DNA of 63,093 bases, filler included, from Collodictyon triciliatum (Eukaryota): assembly GCA_043381765.1 (NCBI GenBank). It is 42 parts of 42 records of this genome, joined end to end, with 100 filler letters (N's around TTAATTAATTAA, not from the genome) between each part and the next. Parts side by side here need not be neighbours in the genome. Positions count along the whole stretch, not along the records: positions 39,205 to 40,606 come from JBHJMP010011180.1; positions 40,707 to 42,107 come from JBHJMP010011181.1; positions 42,208 to 43,608 come from JBHJMP010011182.1; positions 43,709 to 45,109 come from JBHJMP010011183.1; positions 45,210 to 46,609 come from JBHJMP010011184.1; positions 46,710 to 48,109 come from JBHJMP010011185.1; positions 48,210 to 49,609 come from JBHJMP010011186.1; positions 49,710 to 51,109 come from JBHJMP010011187.1; 34 more parts are not named here. One strand, given 5' to 3'. How positions within the stretch are numbered: position 1 is the stretch's first letter; each line of letters begins with the position of its first letter. Of this stretch, positions 39,205-51,109 are shown one piece after another. Both the position numbers and the translations under genes were made by a program. The notes beneath the pieces were generated by a model. The model was not told the DNA's origin. It saw nothing but the letters and a program-made list of their open reading frames with translations, and did no database searches.

Positions 39205-40606
39205 CCGATTCATCTGATATTGATATCCTCTTTTTTGACATGGGCAAAGACACCTGTAGATATGGTATTGTTTATATTTAATGTATCTTTATTTTTTGTT
39301 TTGTTTAGTTGGAATGCTTGTCGATTTTTTCATTACTTGTATCGCCGACTTTTGCTTATCAACTCCGCATCTTGCACTAGAATTCAACTGCAGACCCCAT
39401 CACAGAAACTGAGTTCCGAAGAAGGCAGCCACATCCCGGTTTTCGATGGCAATACGAAGCTGAAAAAACCTTTTCAAAGAGTAAGAATAAGGGTTTAAAG
39501 ATCAACGTCGTGACCACAGGGCTTCTATACGGATGCGGAGAAGACATTTTCTATCAATTTTTCAAGGCAAACTTGATTTATAAACAACTTATAATTCTCT
39601 CCTAAATTAACAAATGAGCGGCTCCTTATGCTTCGTATGAAAAAAAAATTCGCACTAAATTCACTTTTTTCTTTGCTAATCGAAAAAAAATATTGGTTAG
39701 CAAATATGGTCTGACGGTAGAATTACGTGTATCGGCGATGGGAGAAACAGATTCCCTACTATTCATGTTCGAGATTTTAGCACTGTTGTGAATGAAATTG
39801 TCAAGAGGAAGCCAAATGACCCTTACATTTTTGCGTGTGATGAGGGCTCAGACACTTTCAAAGATAAGATAATGGTTTGACATTAACTTTTATGCTTTAA
39901 CCCAACTAGAAAAACCTCCCTATTAGTGTCACTTTTTTCTAGCTTCCCGGTCTATATACGCATTTAATTGTTTGAATATTGTGTAGGCTCTTTGTAATGC
40001 AACAATGTCTGGTTACGAGGAGGTCGGTTTTGAAGATGCAATAATACAAAGCAATCTAACTCTTATGGATTTGGATAGACTTCATTTGAATCTTGAATAC
40101 ATGTCCTTAATCGTCCCCGAATGGGATATGCGGTGGAGATATCGGGTATTGGACTATTTTCCATCCTCTTTTAATTTCAATTTTGGTGTTCGGTATGGAA
40201 CCCAAATGAAGGGAATCCCCTTCTTTCCTTTATTTTTCTATTTCTTTTAATTTTTTTTCAATTAGCTGTTTAAAAATGAATTCCAACGAATTAAAGGACC
40301 ATAGTATAGAAGGTATGAAACCTTGAAAAAGTGTATGTAAAGAATATTTACTGTAGAAAGGATTCACCGCTGGTATTATATCGATCCTTCAGGAGTTTAA
40401 AGTAGCAATTATAATATTAGTACTATGTTTCGTTGGTCAAATTGAATCTTGTAGTATTGGAGAAGAAATACAGATATATTTCAAGCTACTTGTCTGCATG
40501 AACTAACATTGACCACTTGTCACATCTTCTAGGTCGTACATAGCCTTTCTCCTATCAAAGTGTTCGTACGCGGACCACCAAGTTCTGGAAAATCATACTT
40601 GTCAAC
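39205..40606 (+). CDS. AK7: Adenylate kinase 7-like (ciliary), internal exons
   Basis: ISSFLTWAKT | RRRQPHPGF..EAEK..VVTTGLLYGCGEDIFYQFFK | IGDGRNRFPTIHVRD..YIFACDE | ...MRWRY | ...LSPIKVFVRGPPSSGKS (P-loop). The order matches AK7. Confidence 0.85.
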
Positions 40607-40686
40607 NNNNNNNNNNNNNNNNNNNNNNNNNNNNNNNNNNNNNNNNNNNNTTAATTAATTAANNNNNNNNNNNNNNNNNNNNNNNN

Positions 40687-42107
40687 NNNNNNNNNNNNNN
40701 NNNNNNACTTAGAAAAACGTCCACTTTGATTGTATGTGCGGTTCCATCTTTCACCGGAAAGAAAATCGATACCCCACAAACTGTGGTCGTAAAGTCTAGA
40801 GTTTTTCAAACTAATTGTACCAGTGACTGCACGTTCACACCAAGTAGCAGATTGACTGCCCTGGTCCGCTCCATCACCCCACTCCAGGTTTCTGTGGGGA
40901 ATTTACTGACAATACAGGGAAAAGGGTTTAAAAATTTGGATAAGTCCATCAAAGTCTTTTTAGGAGATTACGAAGCAAGAATCACGTCGAAAAATGATAC
41001 GCACATAACTTGCAGGGTTCCTGTTACACCATTCGGTCTCCAGGATGTCAACATACTTATTACAAAGTATGGATTTGCAGACTCTGCTTCATTTGCCTTT
41101 GTGAAGCCCTATGTTCAGCATATAACTCCACTGAAAATGTCATTTGGAGGAGGTCACCTTACAATAATCGGTTCAGGGTTCCATTCTGATAGTTCCAAAA
41201 ATATTATTTCCGTAGGAAATAGTCCCTGCATTGTTTCTAAATGGTCCAACTCTGTGATGGTTTGCAAAGTGTCACCAGTATTATCCCCCTTTAACACACA
41301 AAATGAGACAATATCTGTTTCAATTGACACATTTTTGCTATCCCAGATACGAGTTATTTCATTCATGAAGGACTTGTCACCTTCTGTGGATTCGATTAAT
41401 TTAACTAATAAAAAGGATAAAGTACCAGCTACTATTGTCATTACTGGTTCAAACTTATCTCCTTATATTTATGAAGATGATTTTTCTCCAAGTTCATCTG
41501 AATCATATTCGTTTAGCCCATTTAATATCCCATCATCAGCAACAGATTCGACATTGGATACAAGTCTATCAGTATCCAGTTCTGAATCATTTTCATTATC
41601 TGAGTCAGAGTCAGAATCTGACTCGAACAAGGTTGTCCAAAAAGACTCTGTCACCGAAAGTACTACCTTAGAAAACATAGACTCAGGATTCCTCAATACA
41701 CAAGAAGATCCTAGTTCTGGATTCAAGATGAAAAATGACCAGGATTCTCGATCTACAACAATCGTCGTATCATCTATATGCACACAAACTGGGCCCAATA
41801 AGGATAATTTTTCCAATAGAGATGGAAAAGGTTTGTAAATATTGTCACTATTCGATGTCATTTGAATGCGCATTATATATTCAAATAACAAACTGATATT
41901 TTATATTCTGCAGATGATTGCTTATCCACAGAATATGACGATCTGGATCCAATAGCAGTAGCATTCCTAGAAGGGCAAAACGATTTACATCCTCTGAATA
42001 TTATGAGAGTATACCAGGATTCCTCCAGCGTGTCGAAAGTGATAATATTTGTTGGGTCTACACAAGCCACCTTGATTAGTGCAAATGACACAACCTTGAT
42101 TGCATCA
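40687..42107 (+). CDS. IPT/TIG-repeat surface protein (fibrocystin-L-like), partial
   Basis: Repeated V.SITP..G..LTI.G.GF...V.VG..C.I......I.C units and a Ser-rich insert. A GT-AG intron lies at ~41831-41913. Confidence 0.85.
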
Positions 42108-42459
42108 NNNNNNNNNNNNNNNNNNNNNNNNNNNNNNNNNNNNNNNNNNNNTTAATTAATTAANNNNNNNNNNNNNNNNNNNNNNNNNNNNNNNNNNNNN
42201 NNNNNNNCCTAGTCAACACATGCATAGCGTAGTAGAAGACGAGGTCAGAAAAACAAGTATGGATGATGAGAAAGATGACGACTTTGGTCAATGCAAGGAT
42301 GTGAGTCTCTCATTGCTGTATTCATGATGCTATTGATTACCAATCGATATGAGCTTTTTTTTGGACTATCTCACAACCCAATAATATACAAGCATCTTTC
42401 ACATTTATGGACAATATATTTTTTTTTTTTATTATTTTTGCATCTGTCTGTCGATAGCA

Positions 42460-43608
42460 GGCCAGGGATATGGATGGCTGCAGTCCGTTCTCCATGGCAA
42501 AGAGCACAAATGGATGGAGAGCATACTTTGGAGACATCCGGTTCAAGGATATAAAAGACGAGAAGGAGTATATGTCGAGTCTGAAAACAGAGGGGAACAG
42601 GAGAATAACATTGTAATCTTCAATCTGATGAGAGGGTGAAATGAAGCAAGGGTGTTTTGGACGTTCTCAGATTTTCTATTGACTGCATGGTACTGAACCA
42701 TTTTAATATTGTTTATCAATAACCACCACAGGATACAAATGATTGCAATATCAGCGTGCTGTGTGACTTATGGATACATCGACTATGGAATAATACGAGA
42801 ATGCACAGGGTTCGACATGAAGACAAACTCAGTTCTTTTGATACGACTGTTTGTGGTAGCACCATTAGCCGTGCTACTTACGATAAGCTTCGGTCTGTCA
42901 AACACAGACGGAGAAAGGAGGAAAGATATGCTGCGAAGTTGGGATATTCCATACTATTTTGGAGTGTTTTATGGATTGATGTCTCTCGCCCGGTTGATAT
43001 TGATTTATTCAGAAAATTTTATGGACTGCAACGTTTCGATTATTTTTACAGTATTAATTTACTCTGAGATATATGAAGTTGGTATATTTTTGGTGTCTCA
43101 AATCACTGTTGCATCAATTCAAATAACATCACAATTTATTATATGGACAGTATATTTGATAATGCTTACTTTTTTCTTTAAAGAGAAAATGGGGTAAAAA
43201 TCATTTCACCATAACAACACATTTGCACATATTTCATGATCAACCATTTATCGTATATAAGATATTTGATGAAGTATGTAACATCAAGAAAAAACAACCC
43301 TAGAATCCCATCAGGATTGGTGGATGTAGGGATTTTTATATCCGCCTTGGTTATCATTCCATTCTTTTTGTTCTCTATCTTCGCGTTCTCCCGAGAATTT
43401 ATAAGTAGAAAAGACTTCCTAGATAAGAAAGTATTGAATGAGGTAGGCTTTTTTTTTAATCTGACATAACATGTGATTGGAATGGTTCTTTTTTTTTAAA
43501 AAAAAATTACGTCTTTAGATTATTCTGAGACTTTATCAAGAGAATCAAAGGAATGAGAATGCTCTTCTCACCACCCTGGGAGATGAGCTTCTCTTATGTC
43601 TGAAGCAA
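42460..43608 (+). CDS. Membrane adenylyl/guanylyl cyclase-like 6TM anchor, partial (paralog of 97-1395)
   Basis: RFKDIKDEKEY | TM segments with GYID..LLIRLFVVAPL..YGLMS..SEIY | SREFISRKDFL..NE | ENQRNENALLTTL. The last segment resembles the helix that precedes cyclase catalytic domains. Confidence 0.55.
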
Positions 43609-43708
43609 NNNNNNNNNNNNNNNNNNNNNNNNNNNNNNNNNNNNNNNNNNNNTTAATTAATTAANNNNNNNNNNNNNNNNNNNNNNNNNNNNNNNNNNNN
43701 NNNNNNNN

Positions 43709-44924
43709 ACTGAGACTGAGACTGAGACTGAGACTGAGACTGAGACTGAGACTGAGACTGAGACTGAGACTGAGACTGAGACTGAGACTGAGACTGAGAC
43801 TGAGACTGAGACTGAGACTGAGACTGAGATTGGGATTGGGATTGGGATTGGGATTGGGATTGGGATTGGGATTGGGATTGAGACGGAGACGGAGGTTGCG
43901 ATTGCGATTGAGATTGAAATTGCCATTGGGTGTTAGAATATGAAATGGTATTTGTCAAGTGATATTCTCGTGTTAGCGTTTCAGGTCGATTTTCATAGGG
44001 ACTTTCGGACTGTGAATGGGTGGACCCTTTCGATTCTATAGGCGTTGGGGACCCCTGATGTGATTTCGTTGATTTTGAAACAGTTTTTCCTAAATGTCGA
44101 GTGGGCTTAGTTGTTTTAGGTGTTAAGACTATTTGACAAGAATCCTCCAATCCACATAACGATTCATGAACTGATGATTGGTGGTATGGTATATCATTAG
44201 TCTTTGTCGAAATGGAACTGTGCTCTGTCTGTATGACTGTTTTTAACGCTGATATATGTGTATTTAAACCGTTTTGTGTAATGTCCTTGCTAGCGGAACC
44301 CCGCCAGGATGCTTCTGAAATAGATGGTCTGGCATTGTTTGATTTCTCTGAGGAAGTCCATTTTGATTCATCTGTAGTGACCTGCATCGCAGCTGTATGT
44401 GCCGTTTGTCCACTGAAGGGGCTGCTTTCAGATGCCGATTGGCTTGGTAGGGTCTTCGATTCTTCAGATTCCGACTGTGAGTAAGAATGGTCATCTAAAC
44501 GACCGCGTATTGTTGATGGTGTATGAGACGTAATTTTACTTAAACTCCCCATGCGTGTTTGTTTCCACCAGATCGCTATTTCATTCGTGACTTTTTTATT
44601 GCTTATGTTACTGCTTCGACTTCTAATACTGAAGTTAAGAGTTGATAACAGATAGGTATTTGATCTACTTCTCGTGTTTGAAATTGAGCGAACATAATTA
44701 GTCTTCACGTATTTATGATTGGTTTCTGTGAATGACACATATTCTGGTCCTGTTGCGATATTTGGTTCATGTAGTGTTTCTAAGTGTGACATATCTTCCA
44801 CGTTGGAAGTGGTTCTGGTCTCTGACTCTGATTTGGATGATTCTAGCGAGCTCATGTACCAGTTACTAGCTTTGGGCTTATCTAAAGAATTGTCTGTCTT
44901 TGAAGAGTGCTGGGCAATGTGACC
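43709..44924 (-). CDS. Ser/Thr-rich mucin-like exon ending in (SQ)n
   Basis: About 400 open codons follow a polypyrimidine tract and TAG acceptor. A GAGACT hexamer repeat encodes SQ. Confidence 0.6.
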
Positions 44925-46709
44925 TATATGCATAAATGTTTACTTTTTTCCTTATCTTTTATCCTTTATCCTTTATCATTTATCATTTATCATTTATCCT
45001 TAATCCTTTTCTTTTTTCTTTTTTCTTTTTTCTTTTTTCTTTTTTCTTTTTTCTTTTTTCTTTTTTCTTTTTTCTTTTCTTTTTTCTTTTCTTTTTTCTT
45101 TTCTTTTTTNNNNNNNNNNNNNNNNNNNNNNNNNNNNNNNNNNNNNNNNNNNNTTAATTAATTAANNNNNNNNNNNNNNNNNNNNNNNNNNNNNNNNNNN
45201 NNNNNNNNNGCGGGCACTTGGGTAATTCCTAGCGGTTGCCTATGTTACACCCTATAAATTCAGCGCTTCTGAGGCTCTATTGATTTCTTGGGGGCGTGGT
45301 TACATCACAATAATATTCGGTTTTGATTTCGTCCGCACAAACTGTTCTCTAGAGTGACGTTTCTATTGATTTGGGACGGGATGGAGCAGCGAAGATGTTG
45401 CTCAAAAGCAAAAGCAAAAGCAAAAGCAAAAGCAAATGCAAAGATAAGAAAAGAAAAGGAGAGAAAAGATTAAGCGTGGGTGTTTCGCCGTGAGTTGGAT
45501 GGATATTGTCTGAAGCTCTCCGTTGAGACACTTCTTTTTTATTTACTTTTTCTTTGTGCTTCTGCCGGATATTCATTCTCTGCTATCGCCATCTTTATCT
45601 TGCTACTATGATAGGGTGAGTCTGGTTAGAAGTGTGCGCGAACCAGTGACGAGCCCATCAACAAGAGAACACTGTGTAATCATGCATCAGTCACAACAAT
45701 AGTCGAATCAATCTCATCCATGAAGTTTTCTTGGTTAATTTCTCTTTATATTATGACCATCCACATGGCATTGGGGCAAAGGGAAAAGGGTAAGAAAGTC
45801 AGAGTCATTTTGTACAATGTGTGTCTTTAGACAAAGAGAATATCAAGAGATACGAGGAATCTTCTTTTGCGATATCAATACTATGGATTGTACATGGACA
45901 TATACATGAAAGCTATAGGAGAAAATCCACAGGGGATATCGTAGGTTCCAGATAGAGTTACCGTCCATCGCAATTATAGTGGTAGGCTGTTCTCGTGTCT
46001 GTCCACAACAATCCCAGAAGAAAAAGAAAAAAAAAAGCGAGGAAAAAGTGGCGGAAAAGAAGAAAAAAAAAGTGCGAAACGACGGACTATCTAGTACCAA
46101 GAAAAAAAATATAAGTCAAAACTTAATAATTTGCATCTTAAATGTTCCACAAAGAAAAAAAACAGAAGAAAAAACATCACATGTTTAGGTCAGGTACACA
46201 GAAAACGACTTGGCGCATTTACCTCATCCCAACCATCCATGGCAGAATCCAGAAACACAAGTGTTGCTAGTGTGTTAAGGAAACCAGATAGGGATGTATG
46301 TTCAGTTTGCTTGAACCGCGGTTTTCTTCATCATGCGCTGCAGAGTCATCGAATCAATGGGAAGGATTTCCTCGAATTCAAACACATCTGGTGTCGGTTC
46401 TGAAGACGGACGCTGTCCTGACTGTGCCTTCTTGCGCGACTGCTCACGCTTTGCCCCTTGCGGAGCACTTGCTTGGCGAGATGACTGATCGATGCATGAT
46501 TAATAATGGTAAAAAGATATAAAAAAAGATATAAAAAAAGATATAAAAAAAGATATAAAAAAAGATATAAAAAAAGATATAAAAAAAGATATAAAAAAAG
46601 ATATAAAAANNNNNNNNNNNNNNNNNNNNNNNNNNNNNNNNNNNNNNNNNNNNTTAATTAATTAANNNNNNNNNNNNNNNNNNNNNNNNNNNNNNNNNNN
46701 NNNNNNNNN

Positions 46710-46790
<81 letters not shown>

Positions 46791-46873
46791 AAAAAAAGAA
46801 AAAAAGAACAAAAGATGAAAAAAAAAAAGCGACTTCTCAAAAGGACATAAACAAGAATAAAAATTATAAAAAC

Positions 46874-47489
46874 CTGATTTTCCTCACCGCACATGAATAT
46901 GATAGTTTTAAGCAAATCAGGATAGTAGGGCAAAGATATTTTGGAGAGACCAAGATTGAGTAGCTCAACGATTACGGAAAAGAAAGTTTCGCGTCGGCTA
47001 CAAAGGCATTTGAGTTTTTCTGACAAAGATGACATATAAATGGCAGGTTCGGCAAATGATGTGCCAGAATAGGAATATGAATTACTTGAAATAGTCCAGA
47101 TATTCGGGATGTTCTTTTGTGTATGAAACAGATTCCTGACACATTTTCATACCCTCGAGAAGGAAGGTGTGGATTCTACACCGCAAATTTGAATTAAATA
47201 AACATCGAGCTAATAATATTTGTTATTTTGAGAATAGACAATTGATACCGGGGAGATATATCCTCCAGAGAGTAAGTTTCCATATCCTTCAAATGGTATT
47301 GATTTCGAATAATCTATATGGTCAATAGCTTTCAGAATTCATGTCATGCTTTCCAACTTGCAGGAGAAAGCTGTGTAATATATAGCGATTTTATTACCGT
47401 TGCAACTATTCGGCCAACCTTTCCTCTAATCTGCTTCGATGCCTCCACTTTTGTTGTAAGAACTTTATCCATGATTCGGTCTAGAGATT

Positions 47490-47521
<32 letters not shown>

Positions 47522-47944
47522 GATGATGATGATTTCGAATGCAGACTGAAATTAAACGAACGAATGGGAAGCATTAACAGCGATAACAAAACGAATAAAA
47601 GTAAAATAATTGATAAATAAAAATCACCAAAATATCGGAGACTTCTCCAGGAATATTCTCCGACGATTCTAGCGACATGTGACAACTTTTTGTTTTGCCA
47701 GAAAGACGAGCCTGCTTCCAGTGAAAAATCCAGCAACAGCTCTATCGAAGATTTAATGAGTTCCAAAACAGACTGACGAGTTGGTTAAAACAACATGTAT
47801 GTCAATTCCAAACCATGTATCCATATCAAGCGGCGCGGGTCGCGGTCAAATACGATGAATTGAATAGCTCCGGTCCAGATAGTAGAGGTCTCGACGGTAC
47901 AATTTTGAATGGCTGTTCGCAGAAAGTTGACTATAACTTCATTC
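46874..47944 (-). CDS. PSME4: Proteasome activator PA200/Blm10, internal exons
   Basis: Spliced FLRTAIQNCTVETSTIWTGAIQFIVFDRDPRRLIWIHELLLDFSLEAGSSFW...EYSWR...KQIRGKVGRIVAT. This parallels the PSME4 segment LRTALSNITVET..W......RDPRKLHWLFELLL..EWR..KNVRERIG. Confidence 0.85.
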
Positions 47945-48209
47945 TAGAAAGATCATGGGAATATGTTGATGAGGACAACAACCAGCACCACATTTGCATA
48001 ATTCTAGTGGTAATTAAAGAAAAAGAAAAAGAAAAAGAAAAAGAAAAAGAAAAAGAAAAAGAAAAAGAAAAAGAAAAAGAAAAAAGAAAAAAAAAAAAAA
48101 AAGAAAAAANNNNNNNNNNNNNNNNNNNNNNNNNNNNNNNNNNNNNNNNNNNNTTAATTAATTAANNNNNNNNNNNNNNNNNNNNNNNNNNNNNNNNNNN
48201 NNNNNNNNN

Positions 48210-49238
48210 CACGGCGAAGAGGCCTGCCTTCAGCTGCACCTTGTATGCTGCGCCGAAGCCGCCCTTGCCCAGAAAGTTGTCCCGCTTCTCAAAGTCCATT
48301 GTCAGGAGATCGGCGTAGTTGCCACGGGCCAGGCGGCTGGTTGGGGCGGCGTAGATGCCGGACTGGATGTTGGGACTGGCTGCAACCTGTGTAAGTGGAA
48401 GGTTTGTGTCAGGTAAGTCTGTTAGCTTTTATGGCTTATGCGGTGGTATCGACCTAGGGGTATGTTAGTTGTGTCCTGTGTTGTGTATGTGTTGGTTGAG
48501 GGTGGATGTGTGCTTACGGGGTCGTAGAGCTGCAGAGCGCGGATGTGTTTGTTGTCATCGTATCCTGTGTTGTTCCAGCAGGGGAGATTGGAGATGCCAC
48601 GCGGGGCTCTCTTTATGGTTTGTGTCCATGTATATTTTATCCAGAGATTTTTCAGATTTGTGAGCGCTGTGATCTGTGCTGGAAGCTCCTCCATCTGTGT
48701 GTATCGTTGTCAGTCATTTTCTTTTAAACATAAATAGTAATATAATATATGAATAAAAACATACCGGATTTCTTTCAACATCAAGACGTGTAAGACCAGT
48801 CAAACATGATATTTGTGCAGGTAGTGATGACAGCTGATTGACACTAACATAAAGTATACTGAGACCAGTCAAACACGATATTTGTGGAGGTAGTGATGAG
48901 AGCTTATTGCCATAAACATAAAGTACACTGAGGCCAGTCAAACACGATATTTGTGCAGGTAGTGATGACAGCTTATTGTTATAAACATGAAGTACACTGA
49001 GACCAGTCAAACACGATATTTGTGCAGGTAGTGATGACAACTGATTGCAATCAAGATATAATTCTTTCAGACCGGTCAACAAAAAAACACCAGGCGGCAC
49101 AGATGACAGTTCGTTGCCACCGAGATTCAGATATGTGGAGCTTTTTAGACTGGCAATATCAGCAATTGGATCGTAAGAGAGAATCCGGACTTCTTCCAAA
49201 AGTGCATCCACTTGGGCAGGTGTGAGACAGTCAGACAT
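48210..49238 (-). CDS. Cytosolic LRR protein with a downstream protein-kinase exon (LRR family copy A)
   Basis: Exon 49238-48765 has 23-aa LRRs (LSSLPAQISCLTGLxxLxVxxN) and is followed by exon 48694-48518. An exon from 48386 reads ...DNFLGKGGFGAAYKVQLKAGLFAV (kinase subdomains I-II). All junctions are phase 0. Confidence 0.85.
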
Positions 49239-49709
49239 CTGGACAGATTCCGGCTGTGTATATGGGTAGACTGGCTATGTGTCAATACAATACACATCTT
49301 TTATTTGTTTTATGAGTGGACTTCACAATCACACATGACAGAATAACTCGAGTCAGGACGGTAGGGTTGTGCACATAGAGAACAGAAAGTACTTTGTGAA
49401 AGAAAAAAGGAAAGCAAGTATTTCGACAAGACGACATTAAATATCCCCCAAAGGCCGGCGGATTTTTCAGAGAAGACGACTTGTGCAGAACTTGTGTGCT
49501 TGTGTTTCCTTGGAAATTCACCGGTTCGGGGTTGGCCACAGACAAGGTTGACCTCTTGCATCGAAAGTCTTGGGAATAGCCGGGTGCTTGTCGCGTGCGT
49601 CACCGGGCGNNNNNNNNNNNNNNNNNNNNNNNNNNNNNNNNNNNNNNNNNNNNTTAATTAATTAANNNNNNNNNNNNNNNNNNNNNNNNNNNNNNNNNNN
49701 NNNNNNNNN

Positions 49710-51109
49710 ACTGCTGGTGATACTTTGGGTCGTTTTTTAGCAGAACGATTGACTGTTGCGAGCACTGTCACCACAGTCCGAAATACATTAAATTGTCTTT
49801 CATTAAATGGAACGGGTGGTACAGCGGGCAATCCTGCTATTATTTTTGGAGACAACACAACTTTACCAGCCGCAAACAGAAGCGGTATTTATGGCGCAGA
49901 TGATACTGTAAATATTAGCACGGGTGGGACTGAACGTCTGGTTATAAATAATGCAGGGGCAACTCTTACAGGCAATCTAGTTATGGCCGGAACTAGCGGC
50001 GGCATTGGTGTCATAGCAAGTACAGCAGATGCGGCTGGTTTATATAGTACAACAAATACATCAACAGGCATCCGATTTCAAAACACAAATAACAATATTC
50101 GAATTCTATGTAATACAATAAACATTTTAGACTGTACACGCAACTCAAGCACTAATGAAGGGATAGCGTCTATGGAAGAGGTATTACAAATAAAAAAATC
50201 TGTGCGCACGCCAATAAACGAAGTAAATGCAGATTTTACAATTGGAGCGTTAACACCTCGGTTTCTACGTGTAGATATTGCTAACGGAACTCAATTAATT
50301 AACTTATTGTTAATGCCAACTAGATGCGAAGCACAATATCATACAGTTCTTCCATTCAAAAGTAGTGTGAATGCTAATAGACTTTATATTACAACAGCCG
50401 GATCAACTACAGTTGAAATACATTATTATGAGAACAAAGTAAAAACTGTAATTACTGGAAATACGCAATTTGAAATTTTTGAGGGTGTAGTGTATCAATG
50501 TATCTACAAATCTACATCAGCTACTACCGGAATTTGGTATTTTTGGCCGGATTGTAATACTGCATCTCAGAGTATAGTAACTGTTACCGGTATACAATTT
50601 GGTGGAGCAGGGTCTTATATTACTGGAAGCAGCACAGGACAGTCAAGTACAATGACTATGCAGTTAAATTCAAATACTGTAATGTCAACGACACAAGACG
50701 ACTTTTCTATTTTCAACACCTTAAAACTGTCTAAGGCAATAAGTGGAGATTTTATTGTTGTTGACAATGGAACATTTAATATCACTCGAGATATTCCACG
50801 TAGAATTATTCTAACAAAGGCGGTGTCAGGATCGGCAACGACTAATATACATTTTCCCAGTGCTACAGCAGTGCCAAACGGTCTGGAAGTTGAAGTAATC
50901 GTGTGGAACCTTCCAGGAAAAAACGGAACTGGTTATAAAAGAATAAGATTCAACCAGGCAGGCGCAGAGCCAAACAACAGCGCGTTTATAATAGGCGCAT
51001 CTAATCTTAATATGATGGCACTTCAAAATACAATTTATGAGGTAGCAGAAGGCACTTGGTTTAGAGCATGTTGTATGAGAGTTGGAAATGGTGTTCCAGG
51101 TGAAACAGT
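49710..51109 (+). CDS. Viral tail-fibre/structural-like protein, internal fragment
   Basis: Intronless and G/T/N/S-rich, with GTAGNPAIIFGD....SGIY..DTVNISTGGTERLVINNAG, a fibre-type motif, followed by a second degenerate copy. Confidence 0.55.

Noticed and set aside
46238-46403. SAM-domain-like peptide (LQSHRINGKDFLEF)
   Set aside because: Too short and degenerate, with no supportable exon structure.
47314-47361. GC donor (GCAAGT) in PSME4
   Set aside because: Its phase does not match the open frame of the next exon, so the junction is unresolved.
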